NCBI RefSeq assembly: GCF_900129905.1
Contig: NZ_FQXG01000003.1
Location: 512,249-576,248 of the forward strand
DNA length: 64,000 nucleotides
Reading direction: 5' to 3'
Origin: Ferrimonas marina
GTDB taxonomy: Bacteria; Pseudomonadota; Gammaproteobacteria; Enterobacterales; Shewanellaceae
This document shows, in pieces, positions 1 through 8,418 of the stretch. The position numbers and the translations under genes are program-made. Within the stretch, counting starts at the first letter, position 1; every line of letters begins with the position of its first letter. Under the pieces are notes generated by a model, which worked only from the letters and a program-made list of their open reading frames with translations, had not been told where the DNA came from and did no database searches.

Positions 1-81
1 CCGCATAATATCCACTAAGATTCAATTTATACCGCGTACAAACTCGACTTTGTTCGCGGTTTTTTATTTTCAAATATCGAT

Positions 82-474
82 TCAGCCTGCCTGTTCTTTA
101 TCCTGACATAGCCACAAGATCGCTTCATCGTAGCTGTCCAAGCCTTCCCTGGCCATGGTACTTTGCAGCACCGCCAAGGTCTGGGTCCGCAGCGTCATCG
201 AGGTGATCTGTTTATCGATTCGGTGGCGATGACTGCTGTAGCGCTTGCGTAGGGTGCGGATCTGATCGGCATCGGCGAACGCCAGGCACCAGCAATTGAC
301 CTGGTGATCGGCTTCGGCAGCTGAGCAGTTTTCCAGCTGGGCCAGCAACCGTTCGCCGCCGGCCAGGATCTGGTCGGGTGTGAGTGTGCCAAGCCGGCTC
401 AGGTAAGCGGTGGGTCGGGTCAGGACAAATCGCACGAACTCGGCATCGAGCAAACGGGCATTGCGGGCGGCCAT
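82..474 (-). CDS. hypothetical protein (130 aa)
   Basis: Intact ORF in six-frame track, GC-rich codon usage; no recognisable motif. Confidence 0.4.
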   Translation of the reverse strand: MAARNARLLDAEFVRFVLTRPTAYLSRLGTLTPDQILAGGERLLAQLENCSAAEADHQVNCWCLAFADADQIRTLRKRYSSHRHRIDKQITSMTLRTQTLAVLQSTMAREGLDSYDEAILWLCQDKEQAG

Positions 475-661
475 GGGTCCCTCCTGGGAACATCAGATGA
501 CGGTACCGGTCAGAACGGTGACCGGCAGATACCCCCCCTTTATATCCCATGTGATACCAGCCAAACAACCTCTTTTCGTGCATCATGACCCGTCCTAACC
601 ACCTCACAAACGTGGTATCGCATGTGACACCTAGTGCAACAAGCCCAATTTTTTGCCTATC

Positions 662-693
662 TACTGTCGTATTAGTCGCATAATACGACAGTA
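662..693. promoter_or_regulatory. inverted repeat with 13-bp perfect arms (TACTGTCGTATTA / TAATACGACAGTA) and 6-bp spacer; candidate operator
   Basis: Read directly from sequence; no downstream T-run so unlikely to be a terminator; lies in intergenic region upstream of minus-strand ORF 82..474. Confidence 0.4.
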
Positions 694-882
694 ACTCAAC
701 CGCATAGCCCGAAACGCCCCCTGAAATAGGGTAGTGCGATGAGAAAACCCCGATTTAGCCGATATTTCCCCCTATCGGTACCGGCCCCAGCGCGGCAGTC
801 GGCCCGGTGTTGATCGTACAGGCCCCTGGCGCCGGCCGGCAGCGATGGGATCGGTGGGCCCCGGGCCGAGGATCGCCCGGCC

Positions 883-899
883 TTGTGAACCGTTCACAA
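883..899. repeat. palindrome copy 1 TTGTGAAC-C-GTTCACAA
   Basis: Perfect 17-bp palindrome, member of a 5-copy array at 883..1167. Confidence 0.8.
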
Positions 900-978
900 C
901 ATACACGCATCGGCTCGCGCCGACGGTTGAGCAGTCCGAGATCTTGCCCGGGCCCGGGCGGGGATCACCGGCCGCCAC

Positions 979-993
979 TGTGAACCGTTCACA
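979..993. repeat. palindrome copy 2 TGTGAAC-C-GTTCACA
   Basis: Exact 15-bp core shared with other copies. Confidence 0.8.
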
Positions 994-1016
994 AACGTTA
1001 AGGCCTGGCCGTGGCG

Positions 1017-1033
1017 TTGTGAACCGTTCACAA
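1017..1033. repeat. palindrome copy 3 TTGTGAAC-C-GTTCACAA
   Basis: Perfect 17-bp palindrome. Confidence 0.8.
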
Positions 1034-1055
1034 CCAGCTGGCTGACCCATGTTTC

Positions 1056-1070
1056 TGTGAACCGTTCACA
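1056..1070. repeat. palindrome copy 4 TGTGAAC-C-GTTCACA
   Basis: Exact 15-bp core. Confidence 0.8.
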
Positions 1071-1150
1071 CACGGGGGGGGTGATCATGGCCATGGGGTT
1101 GGTGGGCTGTTCTGCCAGCCGGGCCCGGATCCGGCAATGCCGGCTCCGAA

Positions 1151-1167
1151 TTGTGAACCGTTCACAA
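1151..1167. repeat. palindrome copy 5 TTGTGAAC-C-GTTCACAA
   Basis: Perfect 17-bp palindrome. Confidence 0.8.
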
Positions 1168-1286
1168 CGGTATATTCCGGGCCTTTGTTGGTCGGAGTGA
1201 GCGGGGGCGGGTGCACTCGGTGGCGGCTGGATCCCGGCGAACCACTCGCGTACCCTGTGGCCGTAATTACTAAGAGACCCTTGCGC

Positions 1287-1772
1287 ATGAACCTATCCAC
1301 CGGCACCGAGCAGTCCTGCCCCGACAACCCTACCGAGTGGCAAACCGGCACCCTGGCCCAGTGGTGTGAGTTGACCGGAAGGGATCCGCGGATCAGCACC
1401 GTGGTGTTTGACCAGGCATTGTCCCGCCAGTCCATGCGTTGCGGCCGGGCCAGTCGGGTGGAGAACGAGTTGCTCAGTTGGGAAGCCGCCCGGCCCTGGC
1501 GGGTGCGGTTACTGGATCTATGCGGTTGGCGCGACAGCCCGGAGGATCACGAGCACCTCTGGCACGCCCAGCTGATGTTCCAGGTGAACTGGGCATCCTG
1601 GGTCCATATCGTTGCCGATCACCAGGAAGGGGACCGGTTGTTCGACACCGGTTTTCTGCCGGCAGAGTTGGTCGACTGGTGCAAGAGCGCGCAGCCTGAT
1701 CTGGAGATCTGGTATCAGATGATGATGGACGAACTGCGCGACGATAATTTAATCCCGCCGCCCAAAGTTTAA
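1287..1772 (+). CDS. hypothetical protein (about 162 aa; six-frame ORF opens at 1137 but reads through palindrome copy 5)
   Basis: ORF 1137..1772; first ATG downstream of the palindrome array at 1287 preceded by purine-rich AAGAGA; no recognisable domain. Confidence 0.4.
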   Translation: MNLSTGTEQSCPDNPTEWQTGTLAQWCELTGRDPRISTVVFDQALSRQSMRCGRASRVENELLSWEAARPWRVRLLDLCGWRDSPEDHEHLWHAQLMFQVNWASWVHIVADHQEGDRLFDTGFLPAELVDWCKSAQPDLEIWYQMMMDELRDDNLIPPPKV

Positions 1773-1854
1773 TGAGTAAATAACAAAAACGCTCTGTTTG
1801 GGTGCCAGTAAAATAAATCAAAAATACGGTTGCAGGGGCAATTTCACCGGATTA

Positions 1855-1868
1855 GACTAATATTAGTC
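1855..1868. promoter_or_regulatory. 14-bp perfect palindrome GACTAATATTAGTC 17 bp upstream of recombinase start; candidate operator/-10 region
   Basis: Read from sequence; shares ATTAGTC half-site with the 662..693 inverted repeat. Confidence 0.35.
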
Positions 1869-1884
1869 ACTGTGGAGAACCCCC

Positions 1885-2985
1885 TTGAACGAATTACTTG
1901 CCCCTGCAGGTGGTTTGCCGTCCGTGCTGTCCGAGCCGGTTACTTTGGCGCAAACACTGGGCAGCGATGGCCAGCGTATCCGCGACCGCCTGAATCAACT
2001 ACTGAATAACCCCAACGCCGATCCTAATGATATCGCGCAATTATCTCGGCAGCTGTATGAGCAGTTCATTGCCAATAATGAGCGCTACGCCGATAACACC
2101 TGGAAAACCTTGCGAAGCGCCTGGGGCACCTTTGAGTCTTGGTGTCAGCAGGACCGTATCTGTCCGTTACCCTGTCAAGCGGATCGCTTTATTCAATTCC
2201 TGACCGAGCGCTGCCAACAATATAAGAAAGGCGTGGTTGAAGTGTTTATCTGGGCGGTGCGCACCGTGCACCGCGCCGCCGGCTTGCCGGATCCCTCCGC
2301 CGACTTTGAGGCCCAGTCCGCCATGGCGGTGCTGCGCAAACAGCGTCGTCGTGACGGCGAGACCGTGCGCCAGGCCAGTCCGTTTCGCGATGCGCACCTG
2401 CAGGCGCTGTGTCAGTGCTGGGCTGAAGACCAGGGCCAGAACCTGCGCAACCGGGCGCTGCTTAGCCTGGCCTACGAAACCCTGCTGCGTGAGTCCGAGC
2501 TGGTGGGCGTGAAGGTGGAGGATCTGATCTACGAATTCGACCAGCCAGTGCACCTGTTCGTGGCGCGCACCAAGACCGGCACCCAGCGAACCATTCCGCT
2601 CAATGACCAGTTAGTGGGGCTGCTGGAGCAGTACATCGAGCAGTACCAGTTGGGGCAGGGCGACTGGCTGTTCCCGCGGATCCACGCCAGCGGCAGTTTG
2701 CCTGAGGCTTACCGGGACAAAGCACTGAGCACCAAGGCGGTTGAGCGGGTGTTCGCCCGGGCTCACCAGGTGGTGGCCAGCGCCGAACCGCGGTTGGTGC
2801 GGGGGATCCGCCGCTGGTCTGGGCACTCTGCCCGGGTCGGCGCCTGCCAGGATCTGTTGGCCAGCGGTGCGTCAGTGCTGGAGGTGCAGCAGGCAGGCGA
2901 CTGGCAGTCGCCAGCGATGGTGTACCGCTACGGTCATAAGATCCTGAGCCGGGAGAACGCCATGGTGAAATTCCGCGCACGCTAA
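1885..2985 (+). CDS. tyrosine site-specific recombinase / phage-type integrase (366 aa, TTG start)
   Basis: C-terminal catalytic motifs of the tyrosine recombinase family: R (LLRESEL), K (ARTKTG), HxxR (GHSARVG), W (GDWQSP), nucleophile Y (VYRYGH). Confidence 0.85.
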   Translation: MNELLAPAGGLPSVLSEPVTLAQTLGSDGQRIRDRLNQLLNNPNADPNDIAQLSRQLYEQFIANNERYADNTWKTLRSAWGTFESWCQQDRICPLPCQADRFIQFLTERCQQYKKGVVEVFIWAVRTVHRAAGLPDPSADFEAQSAMAVLRKQRRRDGETVRQASPFRDAHLQALCQCWAEDQGQNLRNRALLSLAYETLLRESELVGVKVEDLIYEFDQPVHLFVARTKTGTQRTIPLNDQLVGLLEQYIEQYQLGQGDWLFPRIHASGSLPEAYRDKALSTKAVERVFARAHQVVASAEPRLVRGIRRWSGHSARVGACQDLLASGASVLEVQQAGDWQSPAMVYRYGHKILSRENAMVKFRAR

Positions 2986-3003
2986 TCATTCATTCCTTAA
3001 TAA

Positions 3004-3034
3004 AAAGGGCGCCTGTCGGCACCCTTTGTTCTTT
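3004..3034. terminator. probable bidirectional rho-independent terminator between convergent genes
   Basis: A-run, GC stem GGGCGCC/GGCACCC (1 mismatch) with TGTC loop, T-run. Confidence 0.5.
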
Positions 3035-3043
3035 CGCAAATAA

Positions 3044-3490
3044 TTACGGGTGAACCTCATCTTTGTCATTTTGTTCAGCAATAAATTCACTCTTCTTGTA
3101 AATCACCACGGTGCTGGCCATCAAATCGTGCCAGCCACGCTTTTGTTTATCAAAACCCACCCAGATATAACCGAGCATAAAGAACACGCCGGAAATAAAG
3201 TAGCCCAGGTAGCGAATTATCCATTGGTAGGTCGACGGGGCGCCACCGCCTTTGGCGTCAATGATTTTAATGCCAAGCATCAGTTTGCCGGGGGTCGCGC
3301 CACGGCTGGACCAGAATACAAAGGTGATCACAAAGGCCAGCATCCCCGCGAAGGTCTGAATAAGGGCGTAGCCCCCTTGGGTATAATCCAGGGCAGGAAT
3401 TAAGAAGAACAGCAGGGTACAAATAAGCACAGAATCAATCAATGAGGCAAACACACGGACCCAGAAGCCGGCGTACTGGTATTGAGACAT
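3044..3490 (-). CDS. RDD family membrane protein
   Basis: RDD-domain pattern (R in WVRVFASLID, GATPGKLMLGIKII, KRGWHDLMASTVV); start chosen at MSQYQY because the N-terminal extension of ORF 3044..3655 is non-conserved-looking. Confidence 0.7.
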   Translation of the reverse strand: MSQYQYAGFWVRVFASLIDSVLICTLLFFLIPALDYTQGGYALIQTFAGMLAFVITFVFWSSRGATPGKLMLGIKIIDAKGGGAPSTYQWIIRYLGYFISGVFFMLGYIWVGFDKQKRGWHDLMASTVVIYKKSEFIAEQNDKDEVHP

Positions 3491-3812
3491 GAGGATGATT
3501 TCCTTCTTGTTATAGTCTGCCCATTTTACCATGTGGCCACCAGGGCAATGCGGGACATGATTGGGGGTGGGTGTCACTCGGGCTTTGGGGGTGGTGCAGA
3601 GCACCCCTCTGGTATGTAGGAAACAAGGCCAATTGAGCGGTGGTGGTTGACTCACCCTATTCGATGAAAAGGCCGATGGGTCAGGTTGGGGTTGGGTATC
3701 ATGGGTCTAAAAAATGGAGAATGTCGTGGCCCTTCCCAGTCCAAGAACCCCTGATGAGCAGCCAGCAATACTCGAACACTTCACGACAGCGAAGGCTACG
3801 CCCTAGTGGAGC

Positions 3813-4340
3813 ATGAGGCGAGACGTCCGAACGACCGCGGACGATCAGTGTTGGACGGAAGATCCCGAGTATATCTGGATCTCCGGCAAACGTTTTGATC
3901 GCTACTTCTGTCCGCTTGAGCTCGTTCAGGGCATCTCGATGTTTGCCCTCTATCCGCTCTTGGGCTTTGGGAAATTGCCTCTATGGGAGGTGATTTTAGG
4001 TACTGCGGTAGGCCTTGTCCTGCTGCGGCTTGGGGTGCTTTATCTGCAACGGGTCCTGATCCACTTTGGTCAAGGCACCTATCGGGTCTACAACCCGTTG
4101 CTGGGTTGGTTTGGCAAAGGCGAAACTCACTCATGCTTGCTCAGTGGGGTCGGTGCCATTGAGATCTCCCGCTGGGGCAAACTGAGGTGGGGTGAGAGTC
4201 AAGTTCATCTGTGCTACGACGTCTTCCTGGTACTGAAGAACGGCGACAGGGTTCACGTCTTTGTGGCTGGCACCCATGCCAAAGCAGATAAGCTGGCTCG
4301 GGAGCTCGCATCGAGGCTAAGCCTGCCGCTGCTCAGCTAA
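3813..4340 (+). CDS. membrane-anchored hypothetical protein, paralog of 4447..5091
   Basis: Shares C-terminal block GTYRVYNPLLGWFGKGE with downstream gene; predicted TM segment(s); possible bPH-like fold (inference). Confidence 0.5.
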   Translation: MRRDVRTTADDQCWTEDPEYIWISGKRFDRYFCPLELVQGISMFALYPLLGFGKLPLWEVILGTAVGLVLLRLGVLYLQRVLIHFGQGTYRVYNPLLGWFGKGETHSCLLSGVGAIEISRWGKLRWGESQVHLCYDVFLVLKNGDRVHVFVAGTHAKADKLARELASRLSLPLLS

Positions 4341-4446
4341 ATCTGTCTGGTTACGGGTCAGAAATACCCTTCCGGAGCCCAAGGAATGGGGAGCTCACAG
4401 CACCCAGGGGTGTGCGGGGCCAGGGTGGATATCATAGTGAAAATGA

Positions 4447-5091
4447 TTGGGGAAAGGCATGAAAATGGTAGCGCCAGGCAGTGGTGATGCGCCGACGTCA
4501 CAGTCGAAGGTTGAAATCGATGACCCTGTTGCAAAATTAATGAGCAATGGGCCGGCAGGTAATAGTTTTACCCCTAATCGGTTACTTGGGTGGAAAAAGA
4601 CACCAAACTCACTGTTCATCTCTAATAATTGCGTGGGCTACGTATTTAGGGTGGTGATGTTTGTTGCCGGCGCAGGGCTGTTTTACGCGGTGTTCATTGC
4701 TAGAGCGGAGCCGGTACCTCTCTTGTATTCCCTGATGGCATTGCTGATATCTGCAGCAATGATGCTAATCGCCCTGTTTGGCCATAAGCAGGTGTCTTTC
4801 CGCTTTGTAGAAGGCACCTACAGGGTATACGACCCCGTACTGGGCGTCTTCGGGAAGGGGGAGATCCGATCCGGCAGCCTGTCCGAGATCTACGCCATTC
4901 AGCTCTACCGCAGTCTGCGTACCAGTGATAGTGGTACCCGTACTTTTCGCTATTACTCCTATGAGGTAAACCTGGTTATGCCAACAGGGCAGCGTATCTG
5001 CGTGTTTTACTCAGGCTCGCAGGATCAAGTTGAAGAGCTGGCGAGCTTGTTGTCTAAGCAGCTAACGTTACCAGTCTGGAAGTCATATTGA
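4447..5091 (+). CDS. membrane-anchored hypothetical protein, paralog of 3813..4340
   Basis: FVEGTYRVYDPVLGVFGKGE block and hydrophobic N-terminal helices; start uncertain. Confidence 0.5.
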   Translation: MGKGMKMVAPGSGDAPTSQSKVEIDDPVAKLMSNGPAGNSFTPNRLLGWKKTPNSLFISNNCVGYVFRVVMFVAGAGLFYAVFIARAEPVPLLYSLMALLISAAMMLIALFGHKQVSFRFVEGTYRVYDPVLGVFGKGEIRSGSLSEIYAIQLYRSLRTSDSGTRTFRYYSYEVNLVMPTGQRICVFYSGSQDQVEELASLLSKQLTLPVWKSY

Positions 5092-5123
5092 TTCACGATT
5101 GCAGTAGATGGTACCTGGGTGAT

Positions 5124-5648
5124 CTACTCATTCAAAATCCGATGTTTTTGTTGTTCGTATTCTGTTGAGGTGATGGCCTCACTGTCTCGTAGTTGCTGCA
5201 GTTTCTCAAGCGCATTAGCTCTGTCCAGCGGATTGCTTGCTGGTTGATTGTGGGGCGGGTGATAAAAACTCTTGTATTGGGAGATAGCTTCCTTGTCGGT
5301 AATTAGAAAGACATAAACAAATATGGGTGGTAACAAACAGCAGAGCAGTGGCCAAGCAAACACATTTCTTTGCGAAGCTACTGCTACGCGATACACCAAA
5401 TAAGCAATGGTCGCGGCATAAGCCCAGGAAACCAGCTGTATCCATGAAGATGGTTCCTGATCAACGCCCTCATAATAGATAGCCATGACGCCATGTATAA
5501 TCAGGAAGAAAAACGGAGTCAATGTTAGATATAGGGCTAAAAACAAATTCTTTTCCCTATACCTGGCCACGAAGCCAGATCTTCTCATGACTTTGTAGCT
5601 GATAAATACAAGAATTGGTATAAGCAAATATAAAAAAAACGTCATCAC
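5124..5648 (-). CDS. multi-pass membrane protein with C-terminal SHOCT domain
   Basis: Four hydrophobic helices then NALEKLQQLRDSEAITSTEYEQQKHRILNE matching SHOCT consensus (L..L..L...G.IT..EY...K..IL); lower GC than neighbours. Confidence 0.6.
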   Translation of the reverse strand: MMTFFLYLLIPILVFISYKVMRRSGFVARYREKNLFLALYLTLTPFFFLIIHGVMAIYYEGVDQEPSSWIQLVSWAYAATIAYLVYRVAVASQRNVFAWPLLCCLLPPIFVYVFLITDKEAISQYKSFYHPPHNQPASNPLDRANALEKLQQLRDSEAITSTEYEQQKHRILNE

Positions 5649-5886
5649 GACCCCCCCCTATGATTACCAATGAAGTTGCTACCGAGCAGGGCTTTGGCAA
5701 TGGAAGTTAAGCAGGATCATGCACAATTGCAGCCCTTGTGAGTGGATGGGAGCAATCACACTGCTACTTCGTCCGTCATGGCTAAGGGTAGAGGTTCAAT
5801 AGCACCCTGTCGGTAGTTCGCTTGTCATAAGCCTATGATTGAACTATCTCTTGTGCTATCGCGATTGAGGCAGGGATGGGGAGTTT

Positions 5887-6525
5887 ATGCGCACTGATGG
5901 GTGGTCTGACGGCTTCAAGTGGGTCATGGACGTGATCAAATCCATTTTGGTATTTGGTTTGGTGGCAATGATAGCGACGCATACGGTGGACAGGGATCAG
6001 ACCCGTAGAGAGATGAGAAACTTGTTGGCCGAACGGGAGATCAGTTCCCTAGGACGCGCAGCTGAACGACTTTTCCTAGCGTCTGACAACTACTTCGCTG
6101 TGGCCTATGACTCCAGTGCGGGAAATCCGCAATCCAAGCGAGCCGATTGGAGTCCGAGTTGTGCAGACGGTCAAATTCTCGCGTCCAGCAAGGACCGTTA
6201 CGAAAACGCATACTATGACGAATTCGACCGGGCTTTACAGGATATAGCCGGTAGATATCCTTCGCTGGAGCCTTTAGTAATGCACGTTGAGGAGACCAAT
6301 AAAAATATGCATGAAAGTTGGAAGGACTCTGACAAATGGGATGAATTTAAGGGTTATCGAGATGAAACGCGCGCCGCTGTTGGCTTGCTGGTAGAGGCCT
6401 TAAGGGAGTCCGAAGATACCTGCTGGGACCGTTTTTTGGAAAACCCTGGAGCGACTGTCAGCGCGCGGGATTGTGCATCTGAAGTCACCAACTCATCATT
6501 ATATCCAGCCATAGCTAGTAAATAA
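5887..6525 (+). CDS. hypothetical protein with N-terminal TM anchor (212 aa)
   Basis: ORF with N-terminal hydrophobic helix; no recognisable domain. Confidence 0.45.
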   Translation: MRTDGWSDGFKWVMDVIKSILVFGLVAMIATHTVDRDQTRREMRNLLAEREISSLGRAAERLFLASDNYFAVAYDSSAGNPQSKRADWSPSCADGQILASSKDRYENAYYDEFDRALQDIAGRYPSLEPLVMHVEETNKNMHESWKDSDKWDEFKGYRDETRAAVGLLVEALRESEDTCWDRFLENPGATVSARDCASEVTNSSLYPAIASK

Positions 6526-6655
6526 ATTTGAACCACGGGAAAAACAGTATTTGATGTGCTAGCAAGCCATCTGTCTGTCCTGGCTTGCCTTATTATGACA
6601 CCTGATTGCTCCCGGCAAGTCTGACCTTTTAACAAGTTCCTATCGCGCCTTTAAG

Positions 6656-7339
6656 TCACATCCGCGCACCACCTATCCTATTTACAGTCAGCACCAGACA
6701 GGACCACGTATAAGCCCCCAGTATTAGGCCTAACCATAGGACCCCGTTGACCGGTGCTAGGATGATTGCGCCAACGATCAGCCAGGGGATCCAATCGAGG
6801 TAACCGAACAAGCTTATCAGGTCCCGCTGCAACCGGAAGTTAATCGCTTGCGCCTCACTGGCAGTGGTTTTTTCGATCCCACAGAGGGCGTTGCTCACTG
6901 AGCTGGTGGCGCAGCGGGTGATCAAGAATCTGCTGGCCACTGTTATGCCCCCCACCAACACCAGTGCGAGTAGCCCCAAAGACAGGTTCCATGAGGAGTG
7001 TGATTCGTTCGGCGTGCCCTGGATGGGTAAAGGGTCGCTGCCCCAGTCCGCAATGGCAAAGCCGGCGTAGCAGAGGGCTATCACAAAGGCCGGCCGTACT
7101 ATGGCGTGTTTCGACCAGTTCTCAGCCTTGGCAGCCTGGGAAAGCACATCAAGCAGGGTGTTCTGATTTAACAGCAGTGCTTTGAGCATGCCGGTGGTAA
7201 CCAGGCACTGGATGGCGACCGCGAGCCACAGGGTGGGCTGCTGGGTGCCAAGGTGCATGACAATGACCCCCACCACCAGCGACAACACGAACAGTTGAGG
7301 GTACGAGCGAGTATGGTCTTTGAGTTGGGTATAGGTCAT
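6656..7339 (-). CDS. polytopic membrane protein, paralog of 7466..8203
   Basis: Shared motif ENWSKH and overall hydrophobicity profile with neighbouring gene. Confidence 0.5.
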   Translation of the reverse strand: MTYTQLKDHTRSYPQLFVLSLVVGVIVMHLGTQQPTLWLAVAIQCLVTTGMLKALLLNQNTLLDVLSQAAKAENWSKHAIVRPAFVIALCYAGFAIADWGSDPLPIQGTPNESHSSWNLSLGLLALVLVGGITVASRFLITRCATSSVSNALCGIEKTTASEAQAINFRLQRDLISLFGYLDWIPWLIVGAIILAPVNGVLWLGLILGAYTWSCLVLTVNRIGGARM

Positions 7340-7465
7340 CGGTGTCGCATCATCTGAGCGTTGCCGGTTATGGCCGGCACAGGGATTGATCTTACAGCGT
7401 TGTCGTCGCTGGTCTAGCAGGGGCCTGTCTGGCAGGCGACCGCCAGCAGAATGATCCTGCGATCA

Positions 7466-8203
7466 TCATGTTTGGAGGGCCGGTTTGGTAGCGGAGGCCG
7501 CGTGTTTCGTGGGCGGGTCCAATCGGTAGATCACCAAAACGGTCATCACCAGGAAGACCCAGTTGTAGGCGCCCAGGGCCAGGCCCCCCAATAGTGTTGC
7601 CGGTACCGGCGTGAACAGGAACACCACTACCAGAGCGGCCCATCCCCACTTGTCGGTGTGTCGAATGCTTCTGGTGACAATGTACAGCACGTGCTTGCGT
7701 AGGTGCTCAAAGGCTTCGTCATTCATGCCTTCCCGGCTGGCCACCGCGGTGGCGACGGAGTATGCGCAGGCGCGGCGAATGGCAAATCGAAGGCCCAGAG
7801 TCACTGCGCTTATTGAAAGGAGCACAAATGCCCAGTTGGGGAGGCTTAGCGTCATTGCGGCTTCCCCCATGCCGTCAGCATTGCCGGCATGATTAAAGCT
7901 GACATGGGCAATTGCAAAGCCCAGGTACACAGCAAAGCCTGCCGTTACGGCAATCATGACCCCGTGCTTGGACCAATTCTCCTTATCTAACCCTTGTTGG
8001 ACTGCCATCAATGCGGTGCGCCGGCGGGCCAGAAGGGTTGAGAGCACCCCAACGGACAAGCCAAATTGCAGCAGTAGAGAAACCCACAGGGTAAAGGCAG
8101 AGAACAGGCAGACAGCTGTGACGCAACCGCTTGCCAGGCACAGGGCCACCAGCTGAGGGTGGGTGCGGGTGTATTCGTTTAACTCATCAGAGAATAAGTT
8201 CAT
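7466..8203 (-). CDS. polytopic membrane protein, paralog of 6656..7339
   Basis: Tandem duplicate on the same strand, ENWSKHGV motif. Confidence 0.5.
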   Translation of the reverse strand: MNLFSDELNEYTRTHPQLVALCLASGCVTAVCLFSAFTLWVSLLLQFGLSVGVLSTLLARRRTALMAVQQGLDKENWSKHGVMIAVTAGFAVYLGFAIAHVSFNHAGNADGMGEAAMTLSLPNWAFVLLSISAVTLGLRFAIRRACAYSVATAVASREGMNDEAFEHLRKHVLYIVTRSIRHTDKWGWAALVVVFLFTPVPATLLGGLALGAYNWVFLVMTVLVIYRLDPPTKHAASATKPALQT

Positions 8204-8418
8204 ACTTCAATTTAAAACAATGCCTTGCAACGATTGCACTCTATCATGGCAGAGGAGCAGATTCGACAGTGCTGTACTGTCATTGGCGGGTGTTTGCCGC
8301 GTGCTGGGTAGTGGGCGGGCGGGTCCTCTGGCTGTGAGTTCGTCCGGGGGTCCCGGATCCGCCCCGAGGCTTGCCGGACCGCGGTAAAATTGAGGTAAAC
8401 CCCAAAAGAGCGTAATTA

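Noticed and set aside
195-607. Alternative-frame ORFs overlapping 82..474 (195..392, 212..607, 410..598)
   Set aside because: Arg/Pro-rich low-complexity translations typical of off-frame GC-rich sequence; overlap a better ORF.
662-693. Inverted repeat as a LexA box or a rho-independent terminator
   Set aside because: TACTGT/ACAGTA ends are spaced 20 nt apart rather than 8 nt; the stem is AT-rich and no U-run follows on either strand.
883-1167. Palindromes as CRP, LexA, Cheo or Fur boxes, or as integron attC sites
   Set aside because: Spacer is N5 rather than N6 (CRP); no CTGT-N8-ACAG; a 15-bp core is far too short and lacks the RYYYAAC / GTTRRRY geometry of attC; downstream genes are promoter-proximal and co-oriented with the recombinase, unlike integron cassettes.
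772-1435. ORFs 772..1050, 845..1045, 894..1094 and 1085..1435 spanning the palindrome array
   Set aside because: They merely translate the repeats (CEPFTT/CERFT) and GC-rich spacers; the region is better explained as non-coding regulatory DNA.
3491-3655. Longer N-terminal extension of the RDD protein (ORF start at 3655)
   Set aside because: Extension is Pro/Cys/His-rich and non-hydrophobic, unlike RDD proteins; ATG at 3490 gives a canonical-length product.
8341-8418. Possible Pseudomonas-type hrp box upstream of the 943-aa gene
   Set aside because: Only GGACCG ... CCCC, not GGAACC-N15/16-CCACNNA; insufficient match.
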